From: Paraspadella gotoi
Lineage: Eukaryota; Animalia; Chaetognatha
DNA: 64,000 bases
NCBI GenBank assembly: GCA_051294375.1
Contig: CM119269.1
Span: 3,281,524 to 3,345,523 of the forward strand
Direction of reading: 5' to 3'
Part shown: positions 14,709-28,669 of the stretch, piece after piece
Layout of the letters: every line of letters starts with the position of its first letter
Numbering within the stretch: the stretch's first letter is position 1
Notes under the pieces: generated by a model
What the model was told of the DNA's origin: nothing
The model's database searches: none
Seen by the model: only the letters and a program-made list of their open reading frames with translations
Translations under genes and position numbers: made by a program

Positions 14709-15996
14709 TGTTGTAGTCAATTCATGCGTGGATGTTTAATTTCCTTTTTTTTTCTCCTTTTGCACTTCATTTAAAAGAGGCCGTCAATTTTTGAAGTACC
14801 ATCTCTCCAATCCGTCACCCTCTTTGCAGAATAAATGAAAAATTCAGTTTATCATTAAACCTGCAGCTCACAATTCAAAATACAGTCTTTGCTAGTTTTT
14901 AAAAACAAACTTGAACTACGAAATGTCAACATGGCTCGTCCATATTCGACGCCTCGTAAAAAAAAACAAAAAAACAATCAAACAAACGGACGTCTTTCCA
15001 GCATGATTAAAATCGAAACAAAAAGAAAATAAACAAAAGACTCGGATGTACATATAAACAAAAGATAAATGGCTAACGCGAACTTTTACTCTTTGCCTCG
15101 ACCTCCTCGAGGAACGACGACGACGGCAACGACGACGACTACGACGACGACGAAATGGCCGGCGTCTCAGGATCGATTCTCTCCTCAGAACCCAAACAAA
15201 TCCGGTTATCATCATCTCCGTCGGGTCCCGAGATCGAATCCACGAAATTCGCCGAATCAAGACTCGACTCATTTTCGGCCGGAAATTCGTCCGCCCGTTC
15301 GACGTCAGCCACAACAACGACAACAGGATTACCGAGAACAACAACAACGACAACAACAACAACCAGAGCGTCTACAACATCAACAACATCATCGCCAAGA
15401 AAACCAAACGCATTTTCGAGATCGACCGCCGCAGCGCGCGCAACCTCAAGAGGACAGAAAGAGAATCTCCTCGCCGCTGCCGCCACCTCCAGTGGCTCCC
15501 CCACCGCCGTTTGACGACCGACCGTCCCAGCCGCCCCATCCGCCCCAGCCGCCCCCTCCCTTCAAAGGGTCGCCCCGCCGCAACAACTCGGATTCCGTCT
15601 ACGTCCGTCTCATCCGCCCAAACGGCGTCTTCGTCGATCGCGGCGGAAGAATCGGACTCGTTGTCGGCGGCAGCAGCGGCAGCGGCAGCAGCGGCTACGG
15701 CGTCGTCGGCAGCGGCGGAAGCGTTCAAACTCGCGGCGTCGTTAGTAACGGTAGAAGCGAAAAAATTGGAAGCGTGACAAATAGAGGAGGCGGTGGAAGC
15801 GACTTTAGCTTCGGCGGCGACGACCTTCGCTACGAAGGTCGAAGCGGCGGAAGCGATCGTCCGCTCCTGCCTCATGATTCAGTCGTCTCGCGGGAAGAGT
15901 CGGTTGATGGCAGAGAGAGACGCCTAGCGGACGCTGCGACGAAGGGGATGGGAAAAAGGAACGCTTATCGCAACGACGACGACGAAAATAACGACG
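14421..15996 (+). repeat. Block S, copy 1 (inverted copy at ~16120-17762)
   Basis: 14421 ttaaactttaatgagatttcatg... is the reverse complement of ~17700-17762. The two copies face each other across the 25-N gap at 15997-16021. Confidence 0.92.
15069..15996 (+). CDS. Long low-complexity ORF (Thr/Gln/Pro/Gly-rich); probable 5' part of a neuron navigator first coding exon
   Basis: ~309 open codons from ATG (MANANFYSLPRPP...) up to the gap. It continues via the reverse complement of 16022-16130 (DETHERRGHRKLAIPP-QPTP) into 27303-27458. Confidence 0.55.
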
Positions 15997-16021
15997 NNNN
16001 NNNNNNNNNNNNNNNNNNNNN

Positions 16022-17762
16022 CGGCGTCGGCTGCGGCGCGCTCGCGCCCTGCGGCGTCGGCTGGCGGCGTCGGCTGCGGGGCGGGATGGCTAGTTTACGA
16101 TGTCCTCGCCTTTCATGAGTTTCGTCGTGTTATATTTCGTCGTCGGTCGTTGGCGATAACGGTGTTCCTTTTCCCCATCCCTTCGTCGCAGTCGTCCGCT
16201 AGGCGTCTCTCCTCTGCCATCGAACGGTACTTTCCCCGCGAGACGACTGAATCATTGAGGCAGGAGCGGACGATCGCTATTCCGCGCTTCGACTTCGTAG
16301 CGAAGGTCCGTGCCGCCCGAAGCTAAAAGTTCGCTTCACCACCGCTCCTCATTTGTTCACAGCTTCCAATTTTTTCGCTTCTAAACGCGCATTACTAACG
16401 ACGCCCGCGAGTTTGAAACGCTTCCGCCGATGCCGGACGAACGCCGTAGCCGCTGCTGCCGCTGCCGCTGCATGCCGCCGACAACGAAGCCGAGATTCTT
16501 CGCCGCGATCGAACGAAGGACGCCGTTTGGGCGGGATGAGACGGACGTAGACGGAATCCGAGTTGTTGGCGGCGGGGCGACCCTTTGAAGGGAGGGGGCG
16601 GCTGGGCGGATGGGGCCGGCTGGGACGGTCGTACGTCGTCAAACGGCGGTGGGGGAGCTCACTGGAGGTGGCGGGCAGCGGCGAGGAGATTCTCTTCTGT
16701 CCTCTTGAGGTGCGCAGCGCTGCGCGGTCGATCTCGAAAAATGCGTTGGTTTTCTGTGGACGATGTTGTTTATGTTGTAGACGCCTCTGGTTGTTGTTGT
16801 TGTCGTTGTTGTTGTTCTCGGTAATCCCTGTTGTCGTTGTTGTGGTGACGTCGAACGGGCGGACGAAATTTCCGGCCGAAGAAATGATGCGAGTCTTGAA
16901 TTCGGAATTTGCGTGGTATTCGATCTCGGGACCAGAGTGAGAATGATGATAACCGGCATTTGTTTGGGTTCTGGAGGAGAGAATCAATCCTGAGACGCCC
17001 GGCATTTCGTGTCGTCGAAGTCGTCGTGGTTGCCGTCGTCGTCCGTTCCTCGAGGAGGTCGAGGCAAAGAGTAAAAGTTCGCGCGTTAGGCCATTTATCT
17101 TTGTTTATAATGTACATCCCGAAGTTTTTTGTTTATTTTCTTCGTTTCCGTTATTTAATCAATGCTGGAAAGACGTCCGTTTGTTTGATTGTTTTTTTGT
17201 TTTTTTTCGAGGCGTCGAATATGGAGAGGCCATGTTGGACATTTCGTAGTTCAAGTTTGGTTTGTTAAAAACTAGCCAAAGACTGTATTTTGAATTGTTA
17301 GCTGGCAGTTAATGATAAAACCTGAATTTTTCCATTTATTCTGCAAAGAGGGTGACGGGATTGGAGAGATGGTACTTCAAAAATTGACGGCCTCTTTTAA
17401 TGAAGTGGCAAAAGGAGAAAAAAAAAGGAAATTAAACATCCACGCAGTGAATTGACTACGAACAAGCGACGAGGACGAAGACGACGACTGACGACGACGA
17501 CGACGACGACGAGCGTAAGAATTGCGCGGCGAGCTTTAAAAATCCAATTTACGGATACAAAGTTCGTTTTAAGGATGAACACATTAATACCTTTTTCGTG
17601 ACTCCTCTTTAATTAATTGCTCTTTTATCCTAAATCTAATGGAGCGGCGTTCGGATCGATCGATGTTTTAGTTAAGGTATTTCAGATTTTCCGTCATGAT
17701 TCCGATGGTTTTCGTAGAAAGTGGTTGAAAAGTTCATTTAAACATGAATCTCATTAAAGTTT
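16022..17762 (-). repeat. Block S, inverted noisy copy, extended into the (cagccgacgccg)n repeat
   Basis: Reverse complement of 14421-15996 plus ~110 bp that, read on the minus strand, runs into the same 12-bp repeat found at 27303. Confidence 0.9.
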
Positions 17763-18132
17763 TATAGATCGAGTAAGAAAGCGGCGGAATTCTAAAGAAG
17801 TAACGCGATATTTTAGAATTTAACATCGGAAAATCGTTATTTGTGCGGCCGACTTGGAATGATGTTCTTGTTATATTAAATTTTATTGTTTTTTTATTAA
17901 TCATTTGTGGTTTAGTATATTTTAATTGGTTATGTTGTTGTGATACGTGAACGAAGAATACAATGTGAAAAGAAAAAGAGAGTCAAAAAAATTCTCAATT
18001 AAAGGTTTCACACAGTACGAATTTTAAAAAATTGGAGATTTTATTATTTGTGTCGTTTTTGGAGAAAAAAAAAATTCGAAGTAGTAAGGAAAAAATGCAT
18101 TTCAATTGACGGCAATTAACAACGAAAGGTCG

Positions 18133-18170
<38 letters not shown>

Positions 18171-18178
18171 GTCTCGTG

Positions 18179-18210
<32 letters not shown>

Positions 18211-18246
18211 ATCTTTCTCTCTCTCTTTTTTGCTTTATCTCTTCTT

Positions 18247-18284
<38 letters not shown>

Positions 18285-18604
18285 TCTCCTCTCCATCTCT
18301 CTTCATCTCTCTCATCTCTCTCTCGTCTCTCTCTCTCTCTCTCCTCTCCCTACCCCGGCACATCTGGCATCTTGATTCGATCTCAAGAGACCACAAAACC
18401 AATCTTTCCGACGAGAAAATAAAAAAAACCAAACAAAAAAATCACAGTACGGATATGTGGATAAAGATGCGGAAAGAACTAAACAAGTCAGTCCGGAGAT
18501 CCGAACAGACACGAAAAAAAACAAATAGTTGGGGTGATAAAGAATACGAGAGAGAGAGAGAGAGAAGAGAGAAGAGAGAGAGAAAGAGAGAGAGAGAGAG
18601 GAGT

Positions 18605-18662
<58 letters not shown>

Positions 18663-19217
18663 AAATCAAATAAAACAACATTTTTCGGTGTCAACTTCGA
18701 AAAAAAAAACTGAGTGGACACGATGGTTGAAATGTGATTCGAAGCGACTTTTTCGGCTTTTGTATTATTTTTTTTTTCGTTCGGTGTGAGATCGTTAAAA
18801 ACTGTTTTTACCGTCAACGAATTTTATCTCGTGGAGGTTTAATCGAGGAATGAAAACCTCCACTGTACCGGTTATATACTTTTTAAAGTCGTTTCAAAAC
18901 GCCAGTTGGTTTTTTTTTTTCTTTATTTTCTATGAACGTATTTTTAATGTATTGTTTGTTTTTTTTAAATTAGTTTTTTATCAAAAATTCTAAAATGCAA
19001 GTCCGACGATAATCTTTTTATAGTTATGTAAGATTTAAAACAAACGAAACAGAATAAAAGAGAAAGGTTGAAACTCGTCTGGCCAACCGGTATCGTGTCC
19101 GGGAGAATCGACTTGGAATCGAATGCACGCATTTTCTCTTCCTCAACTTTTTTTTCCTTCGCAGTTTTCGTCCGTCGCCGGATTCTCTTTCCCCGCCTTC
19201 CCCTTCCCCTTTCTGGG

Positions 19218-19296
<79 letters not shown>

Positions 19297-21379
19297 TTCC
19301 TCCCCTCCCTTTTCCTTTCCTCCCGACTTTCAAATTTCGTTTTCAATGCAGAGATCCGAAACGAGTAAACAGAATCCATCTTCGCCTGAATCGCTTTTCT
19401 CTTCCCAATATCGACCCTATTCGATGTAATTTTCATCCTCCTCGACCTCCTATGCATAGTATGCAGCCTCCACTGGTCATATAAACTCAACCAAATCGCT
19501 AGCCCGATTTCTCCGGTCTCCGTTTTCTCTGACTCCTTTACCACAATCCCACGTGAGCATCTACGCGCTGACTCGCACACACCTCAACGGAATTTTTGGT
19601 CATTCGCGTCGCGAATGAAATTCTTAGAGTTCGAGGTAGAAACCAACGAAAGTTAACATTAGTCTAATAATAGTTAAATTACAAACCATTCCACAGTCGG
19701 CGCAAGAGAGCTTATTATTGGATGAAATTAATTGTGTCCCAATTGCATTTATCCACGCATAGTATGTAAAAAAAAACCAACTAATCTACCACGTAGGAAA
19801 ACTCAGATATTTCATTTAAAAAAAACGTTAAAATTTGAAAGAACAACAACAATTCTTTAACCCTTAAAACCGTCACTTCTTCTTCGGCTTCCGCTGCAGC
19901 TGCTGAAGCGGCGGTGGCGGAGACGCCGCCGATTTTACGCGTCGGCGACACGAAACGCGACAGGAGTTGGAAATTACCAGAGGCGTTTTGTCGCAGTTGA
20001 GGTTCCGGGGTGGAGAATGGGGATGGAGAAAGAGGTGCGGGAAAAGGGAGAAGAGAGGAAAAGAAAAGAGAAGAGAGAGAAGAAAAGAAAAGAAAAGAAA
20101 GAAAAGAAAAGAAAAGAAAAGAAAAGAAAAGAAGAAAGAAAAGAAAAGAAAGAAAAGAGAAGAGAAGAAAAGAGACGAGACGAGACGAGAAAAGAAATAA
20201 ATAAAAGAAAAGAAAAGAAAGGAAAAGAAGAGGGAGAAGAGAGAGAGGAGAATACCAAAAGAACAAAAGAAATAAAAAGAAAAAAAGAAAGGAAAGATAG
20301 AGAGAAGAAAAGGAAATTTCGTGAGAAAAGGAAAAAGAGAGGAAGAAAGTAAGCGAAGGAAGAAGAAGGAATGCAAGAAGGAAGCAAGAAGGAAGGAAGG
20401 AAGGAAGGAAGGAAGGAAGGAAGGAAGGAAGGAAGGAGGAAGGAAGGAAGGAAGAAGGAAGGAAGTAATGGTGAGTTAGCTAAGTAAGTCTCTGCGGTGG
20501 AGCAGAGTTTTTGACTCCTGGCGATATCACCAATTGATCATCAAGGAAAAAAGATTGGATAGAAATCAAGGATATCGAAATATATAGTAGTAGTTGTATT
20601 TTTGTAAAATTTTTTGTAAGTGGCTCCTGTCTCGAATATCCCAGATATTTGTTCCATCTCCAATTACAGAATAGTTCATAAATATTAAATTAATGCAGTT
20701 TTCACGACGGTTCGAAACGCCGAACTACTACGAATCCCCACTTTAATTGCAGTCACCGCTAGAACCATCGTCAACCCTTTTAACCAGCGTCACGCAGTCA
20801 CTGTCACCGACTCTCACCCGACTCTCACCGACTCTCACCGACTCTCACCGACTCTCACCGACTCTCACGGACTCTCACCGACTCTCACCGACTCTCACCG
20901 ACTCTCACCGACTCTCACCGACTCTCACCGACTGTCACGGACTCTCACCGACTCTCACCGACTCTCACCGACTCCCACCGACTCTCACCGACTCTCACCG
21001 ACTCTCACCGACTGTCACGACGCCCTCAGTGATTAAAAATCAGGAAAATCGACTGAGGCGATCAGACGCCGGAACTTTTTCTCTTCGCTTCGATCTCCTC
21101 ACCAAATTTTATTACTTTCCAATTCGCGAATCTTGGCGGGGAAATTGGAGTGGAGGGGAGGGAAGATGGGTGGGGGTGGGGGTGGGGGGCGTTGAAATTG
21201 ATGGCTTTGAGGGGCATCGGGGTGGGCCTGGGGGCCGGGTGAGGGGGGGGGGAAATGGTAGGACAGAGAAATTTTATAGAGGTGGAAATATTTTTAAACT
21301 CAGAAACGATAAATATCAGTTAATTTTATTTTATTATTTTTTATTTATTTATTTATTTATTATTTATTATTATTTATTT

Positions 21380-21415
<36 letters not shown>

Positions 21416-23224
21416 TTTTTTTTTTATTTATTCAATTGGTGATTGATGGATTGATTGATTGATAAAAATAAAAGGTTTCTGGAGATCAATAAAAGAAGGG
21501 AAAAGTCGAAATACTTTGATCGCGATGGGAAAATAAAATTAGCCGAAATTCGGGAGAGAGAGAGAAACAAATTGTTTGGTCGCGAGCGAAATCGTTGGGT
21601 GAAATAAAAGTAAAGGCGGGGCATTTATCTTGGAGAAGAAGAACCTTTTCTATTGAGGAGTGAATTTCAAACGAGGAATCTGATAAAAAAAAAAAAATCG
21701 ATCGAGATATAGGGGGAGAAAGGAAAATCGATGGGCGTGACTAGTGACTAGTGACTCGTGACCGTCACATCGAACTCGGCTGGGGATTTCCTCGTAATCT
21801 GCGGCAAGAGTGAAATCTGAAAGGCTTTCTCACGCGGGGGATGATTGAGGAAGTCGTTCTCGTAAGCGTGATCCTCGGGTCACGTGAATCACGTTCACAA
21901 CACAGATCCAGATCTAATTTTCCATCTTCTCAAAAGTGTGGGTTTTTTTTTTTCAGAGCCACGTGCGATGAAGAGATTTCGTGGGAAAAAAAATTACGCG
22001 GAATCCGCCGACGACGATGACGACGACGATGACAACGACGATGACAACGACGATGACGACGAGATGACGGATGAAACGTTGTCATCTGACCTGTCAAGTC
22101 AAGTCGAGGGTCAAAGATGACGACGAACGATGACGTCGACGATTCCGACGACGACGACGACGACGATGACAATGACGATGACGACAACGATGACGACGAC
22201 GATCACGACATCGCAGATAAAACGGAAATGACATTAGGACGCGAGTTTACGTCAACCCGAGCTGGCTTTATCTGACGAAGTCAGCCTACCAGGCAGACCG
22301 GTGTTTGTTTGAATAAAACTTATTTCTATGTTGATAATTTTTTTATATTGTTAATTTGTTTATGAGTTTTTCGTCATATAGAAATTGTATCAAATATTGC
22401 AATCTTGGCTCGTTTGAAAAAATTTCCTTTGCTTTCGTTCTCATAAAATTAACAAATTTCGTAGTGAAATCTTTAGATATTAAATTATTAACAGATTGTA
22501 TAAATGTCATCAGAACATAGCGAAGAACGTTTAAACAAAACGATCGACCAAAAACCGTCTCATTGAAACGACATGATTAAAATATATTTCATTTCATTTC
22601 TTAAGACGAAAGCCCTCGTCTTTTCGTATTTATCTTTGGTAATTTGCACCCTTTGCTCTTTATTCCAGAGTCAAAAATGGTTTTTAAGAAACTAATAAGA
22701 TATTATGAAAAAAGGATTTAACTTAAATTATGGATTAAACTAAACTTCTTTTTTTTAAATTAAAAAAATTCATTTTTTAAAAAAATGTTTAAAAATGTAT
22801 GCCTTTTATAAAAAGTTTCATTTTAATCGCTTAATTTTGACTCAAAAAGCAATTTTAAAAAATTATTAGGATTGATTGTCACAACGATTTTAGACAAGTG
22901 ACTGTCACAACGAAGTCAAGTTTTCGATCCCTCTCGAGATTAAAACGAATAAGAAAACATTCCAAGACAGACAGGTCCCCTTAAAACGAAAAAAAACCTG
23001 GCGAAAAATTAATAATCGAAACTAATGTTTTCTTACCTTTGATCTAATTAAACTCTACAATATTTGTAAAAAAAACAAAGAATGAAACAATTACAAACGC
23101 ATGACCACAAGACAAGGAAGACAACGAGAAAGACACAACGATGACCGAACGGTGTCGCCATGGCTGTATTGAAGACGAGGAGAAGGAGAAGAAGAAGAAG
23201 AAGAGAAGAGAAGAAGAAGAAGAA

Positions 23225-23266
<42 letters not shown>

Positions 23267-26200
23267 CGGAGACACCATGGCGCCGATGTCGGAATTTTGT
23301 GACGTCAATATCGACGACGAGAAAGACGACGACGAAGACGACGGCCACGACGACGCGGCCAGGTATAAAAGAGCCCGCGCCTCCCCTTAAGTTAAAGTCT
23401 GGAATATCTAGAATCTTGCCAACTTAAAAAAAGTATTTGAAAACGGCATTCAATTTGCACTCCGTTCAAGCTCTGTCTACTTGCCAAGTTTTTTTAAAAA
23501 ATAAACTAAACGCGAAAAAATATCGCAACGATACCGACGATATTCAAAATCAAATAAAAATAATAAATTCATTTTAAAAAAAACGTCAATTATCAAAGAC
23601 AAAACAATCGAGGTGAAAAATTAACGCACACGCTCTTAAGATTTCACGAATGTAAACTCAGTCCTGCAATAACGCTTCCAGTTTCCTCTGGATTGGCGAA
23701 CACAAAACAAAATAAAAATAAAACATTTAATCTGGCGCGTTTTTCTCTAACCTTTCGTAGACGAATCCACGGCGTTTCAAAAACTTACGAAACAGACCAA
23801 CATAACGAGACAAAAAATACCTTTAAACTTTTCCTTTCTTTAACTCCCGGTTTTTGTCTCACTCATTGTGACGGCTCGTGACGGACCGCACCTGGTTCAC
23901 GTAACGTCTGCTGTCGGTCCAAATTTGGAAACGCTGTCGTGTCAGCCACACTTTGTTTTGTTCCGCGTTACAATAAAATCGGCGTCCTTCATCGTCGACC
24001 AGCAAAAAAACTCATTTCGTCTTTGACCGTTCGACGAAGACAGATACGGCACAGACAGAGATAGAGAGAGGACAAAAAACTCAATTGCCAACAATCCCTT
24101 TTAATTGACCTTAGGCAATACAGAAAAACTTTAAAATCTCTAAAATCTATTAAAAAAAATTAAAAACTCGACTTCTGCCTACGAAGTCATTTTCAAGGTC
24201 ATCACACCCAAACCGAATCTCTTTGTTTCGATACGAAACGACATGACAAAAAAAAGAAACGAGAAAACTACAGAAAGTAAATAGTAAACCCGAAACAAAA
24301 AACAAAAACGCATACACGAAACGCCGAAGAAAATGTGGAAAAAATCTCAAAAAATCTCAACTTCTTTCCTCCCTATGATCTCTAACAATTCTTCCTTCTC
24401 TTCCTCGCTCATCTGCTCTTCCTCGTTCGCCTTTCCGGCGTCGTTATCGGCTCGTACGTGGGCGCGATCGAAGTGGCGCCGGCGGCGGGAGTCGGTGCCT
24501 GAAAGCGCGCCGGCAGCGCTTCGGCGGAGCTGCTTCGAAATCGCTTCCTCGGGCCTCCGCTTCTCTCTCGATTCGGTGACGAGTCTCCGATCTTCTCCCC
24601 CTCTAAACGACCCTCGACGATCCTCTCCGACTCTGTGGAATTTCTCGAGGAGCAACTGCGGAATCTTCCCAGAGAGACGATGAGGAGTTTCGCGGAAGCT
24701 CTCCTCGGACGCGGAGGCAACGAGGAGGATGTTGGAAGCGATCATGGAGGCGGAGGCGGAGAAGATGGTGAGGAGCGAAGGAGAGAGTGGGGGAGGAAGA
24801 GGAGGAGAGGAATCGGAGGAGAGATGAGAGAGAGAGGGAGGAGAGAGAGAGGAAGAATGAAAGGGAAATGAGGAATCGATACGGATGGAGGAAAGAGAGA
24901 AAAGGGAAAAGAAATGGAGGAAGATGAAAGAAGAGAGAAACGTGAAGGCTGAGGAAAGAAGGAGGCTCAGCGCCGAACGGACGCCCAGCCAAGCGGCGCC
25001 ATCCGCGCTCCTTTTGCGCGCGTCATTTTGGCGTCAATTGCCGACGGCTCCGTGGCGGTCATCGACCGACCCGCGACGCCAATCGGACGCGACGAAATCC
25101 GCTCGAGGGGAAAGCGCAACTTGCTCACGGATCTTCTTCGACCACACATGAACGAACTGACGGCCACGGGAACCGAAAACAGGTCGGGGGCGGCGGCGGC
25201 GGCGAGGCAACGGCGATAACGGAGGCGGCAGGCAGCATGAGAGGCGGCAGCGGCGGTAGAATGGCAAGCGACGTTAAAGATCCCAGCAAACTACGAATCT
25301 CTGATCAAAAACCATGAAGAGATGTTGCGCGGACTGGAGATTGAGAGAGACCAGGTGAGGACGAGTCATGTGAAAAGGAGGAAATGACATGTTGAAAAGG
25401 ATGGAGCCATTTTAGACGAGAGTTTAACATATTTACGGTCCATAGTCCTAGTATCTTGGGACACAAACAGTAAAGATGAGTTGACCATGACCATAGGTTT
25501 GAAAATTATATATGTATATAAGAAGTTTTTGTAAGTATACATAACTTTTTAAATTTAATCGACCATGAAAACAGATCGTTGAGACTGTTTTGGACAATTG
25601 TCCATTTTCGCATCCTTATTTCTATGTTTAATGTTTTATATTATATATCTTCCTTTCCCAACATCTGTTTTTCAGATGACCGGAGAGGCCTCGTCGACTG
25701 ACTGACGAGGCCTCTTCATGCTGAGGGGCCTTTGTCTGGCGGTGAACTCTGCTTCGTCAACTTTGAAGAGCGGCCCTTTAATGAACGACTCTCAATGTCA
25801 ACGGCTTCCGAGAAAATTTTCTCTTTTCGAAAAGAAAGTAGTCGACGAATGAGTGCGCGTGCGCAGCGCAAGCGCACTGCTCTATCCCAGGAAATGGCAG
25901 ATTCGATTCAGAAAGTCTCCCACTCCAAAAACTGCAAGAAATATGGGTCTCAGAAGAAGGAATGCGATGAATGGGGAAAATTCTATCAATTTTTTCTTTT
26001 AAATTGACTATTTAAGGGGTCGTTCATTTGCTCCTGTCAATTCGCTTTTCTTTTTTTTCGTCAGGAACAAAATTTTTCAGCCGCAGTTTGTTGAAACAAG
26101 CTAATGTGAGAATCTTGCTCAAAGATACGATACTCCCTTAAAGACGAAACGAGAAACGGATGAGAAGAAACCCAAAACGCATTTTTCTATTTTTTATTCA

Positions 26201-27301
26201 TTTTAAAATATAACAAATTAAAATGAGCGCACTTAATTTGGTTTCTTCCTGCAGAACATTATTTCTATGAGAATATCGTAGTATTTATTTTCTAGAAATT
26301 GCTAAAATATTTATTCTTTTATCAATGTGTCATAGCGCATACGTGTTAAAGAAAAAAAAATAGCGTTTTTAAAATGAAAATCGTCATTAATCACTGTTGA
26401 AGTGTAAGCACAACGTGAATTAGGAATTAAGCTCAATCATTTCTTTGATACACTGTGTTCTATTTGTTCATTGTGAAAACAGTACTTCCTAATCTTCTTT
26501 TATTTTACTTTAAAGTTGTAGTAAGTAAATATAATGTGAACAACAAAGCTTTTCTATATATTATAACAATATATTTACAATCGATAGTATGCAGATAAAT
26601 ACGATAATTCGCGTTTGTAATCAAGATTAAAGTTTAAAAAAAAAAACATTAGATAGATAACATCAAACGAGTATTTTATTTTAATTACAAACTGATAGAA
26701 GATTAATTTCCCTCGCCTTGAGAGTCTTTGTTTTTTGGGTTTTTTTTGCTTGACAATTTTCTCTAACAAGAGCGAGCTCTTGCGTGAAAATTCATGACTA
26801 AGAAGTACATTGGTCTTTTTTTCCCAAGTAACAATGAAATTAAAGTCTAACATTACGAGCATACGTAACCGGGCGCCTCTGTTACACTGAGAAAAAAGAC
26901 TTATATAGCTTTTCCAAAAACCTTACGGAATAATCTCTACAGTTATTAAACGTATTAAGAATCGCTCTGTGTTAGCTTGGGTTTGGAACTAGAATCTATG
27001 TTAACCGAAATGAGGGTTTTAGAATGTAGACATCTACTTCACGGCAAACAGTTAGTGTTAAAAATATTTAGGAATGTCAGCGAGACATGCTGAAATGACA
27101 CCGACACTGCAAAGCAGGGGAATTAACGTATGCGCTCAACAGTCGAAAAAGTTGAGGTGTCGACGACCATAAAAATAGATTAAAGAACAAATATTATTTA
27201 AGATTTATAATGTAGATGGCGCAAGTTTTAATTCTATCTTAGTAGGCTCACAACTCTATACAAAGCGTAATAGATTTGTCGGAATTCCGCATTGGCAACA
27301 C
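17763..27301 (+). repeat. Block U, copy 2
   Basis: Collinear with 4501-14417; indel-type divergence. Confidence 0.93.
20800..21020. repeat. 10-bp tandem repeat (gactctcacc)n, ~22 units; degenerate copies at ~7670-7900 and (reverse) ~1975-2215
   Basis: Directly visible tandem units. Confidence 0.95.
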
Positions 27302-27302
27302 A

Positions 27303-27458
27303 CAGCCGACGCCGCAGCCGACGCCGCAGCCGACGCCGCAGCTGACCGGATCGTCTTCCGTTTTGGCTTCGGAAGTTATGACTTTGGAACGACGAAGACG
27401 ACGACGTAGAGATGACGCTGACGACGACGACGAAAGCTGCGACCAAATAACGTACCAG
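27303..27458 (+). CDS. Probable 3' end of NAV first coding exon ((QPTP)x3...DDDDESCDQITYQ|GT)
   Basis: 52 open codons ending CAG|GTATAT in phase 0, compatible with the phase-0 acceptor of the IYTDWANHY exon at 40695. Confidence 0.5.
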
Positions 27459-28310
27459 GTATATATAAAGGGGATGTCCAATTGACATTGTCCGGTGTCA
27501 AATGCGATAAGATGGGATTCGGTAGTTTTAAGAAAACGGAGTAAAAATACGCAAAAAACCTTCATATCATTTTCTGTGTCTTTGACGTCAACGTCGCCCA
27601 CAATCTGACGAGAAAAAGGGGATAAAGACAACAACAACAACAACATAAAAATCCTTGACAGAGTGAAATCCTTTATTTCTTTACGTCGTTGTCCAATCCT
27701 CACCTGAGCCTGACAATCACGAAGGATCTTTCTCCTTTTTATTTTTCCTCTTAATGATAAACAATGGAATTTCCCGCAGCCTATTTTCCTTTTTTTCTCA
27801 ATCGTGTTCTTTTTTTCTGGTATAATTACGTATTACCCCGCAAACATGAAGGAAGCCTGGAACTTTCTAACTTTTTGAGGACGACGATAACAATGTTTTT
27901 CTAGATGAAACTTAGAGAAGAGTTTGAAATGGATTCAAGAACGATTTATTTGAAACAATAATCATGTCTGGATGAAACTAAAAATATTGCGCGCGTTCTT
28001 CGTCTCTAAGTTTTAATGTTTCATTCGAAAAATCCGTTTGTTTTCTGGCGTCAATTTACTGCTCNNNNNNNNNNNNNNNNNNNNNNNNNACTTATTGTGT
28101 GCATATTGCTTTAGACAATTTGTTGATTTTTTTTTATGTTAGCTACGAAAAGATGTACTAAACTGGAACAAATACATATATCGAACGAGAGCACGGTAGA
28201 CAAGAGGAGAGAGAGAGAGAGAGAGAGAGGCACGAATTTATGATAGATAGAGAGAGAAGAGGAGAGAGAGAGATGGCAGAAGAGAGAGAGAGAAGAGGGA
28301 GAGAGAGATG

Positions 28311-28634
28311 CCCCCATCGGGCATTCACCGGATCGGGGCGTGTGGTGCCGTGCTTTATCTTCTGGTCTTAAATGTGTTCCGTTTATCTGCGCTTCACTCT
28401 CTGGTCTGGCTTAAAGGGGACTTCACTTTTCACCGACGATTGGGGTAACGGGATTTGACCATGATAATTTTGTGCACACGGTCCGGGATAAAATCCGGTC
28501 CAATAAACGTTAGAGATCAGATTCAACTTTATGGCCTGCGATATTTTAATTGAACATCAAAAAATGCGGCATTCCGAGCTTTCTTAGGTTAACTCAAAAA
28601 ACCCATATTTGGAAGAGCAAGTGATTGAGAGAGA

Positions 28635-28669
<35 letters not shown>

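Noticed and set aside
4501-17762. Programmed invertible segment or giant foldback transposon
   Set aside because: No recombinase, transposase, TIR or TSD evidence. Junctions coincide with 25-N gaps and copies differ by read-error-like indels.
20747-21442. 231-aa ORF with SPTLTDSHRL repeats
   Set aside because: Arises from a stop-free 10-bp tandem repeat plus a TTTA tract; no splice signals and not preserved in the other copies.
24347-24745. Minus-strand prepropeptide-like ORF with dibasic sites
   Set aside because: The frame is not maintained in copy 1, and splice signals favour the plus-strand reading.
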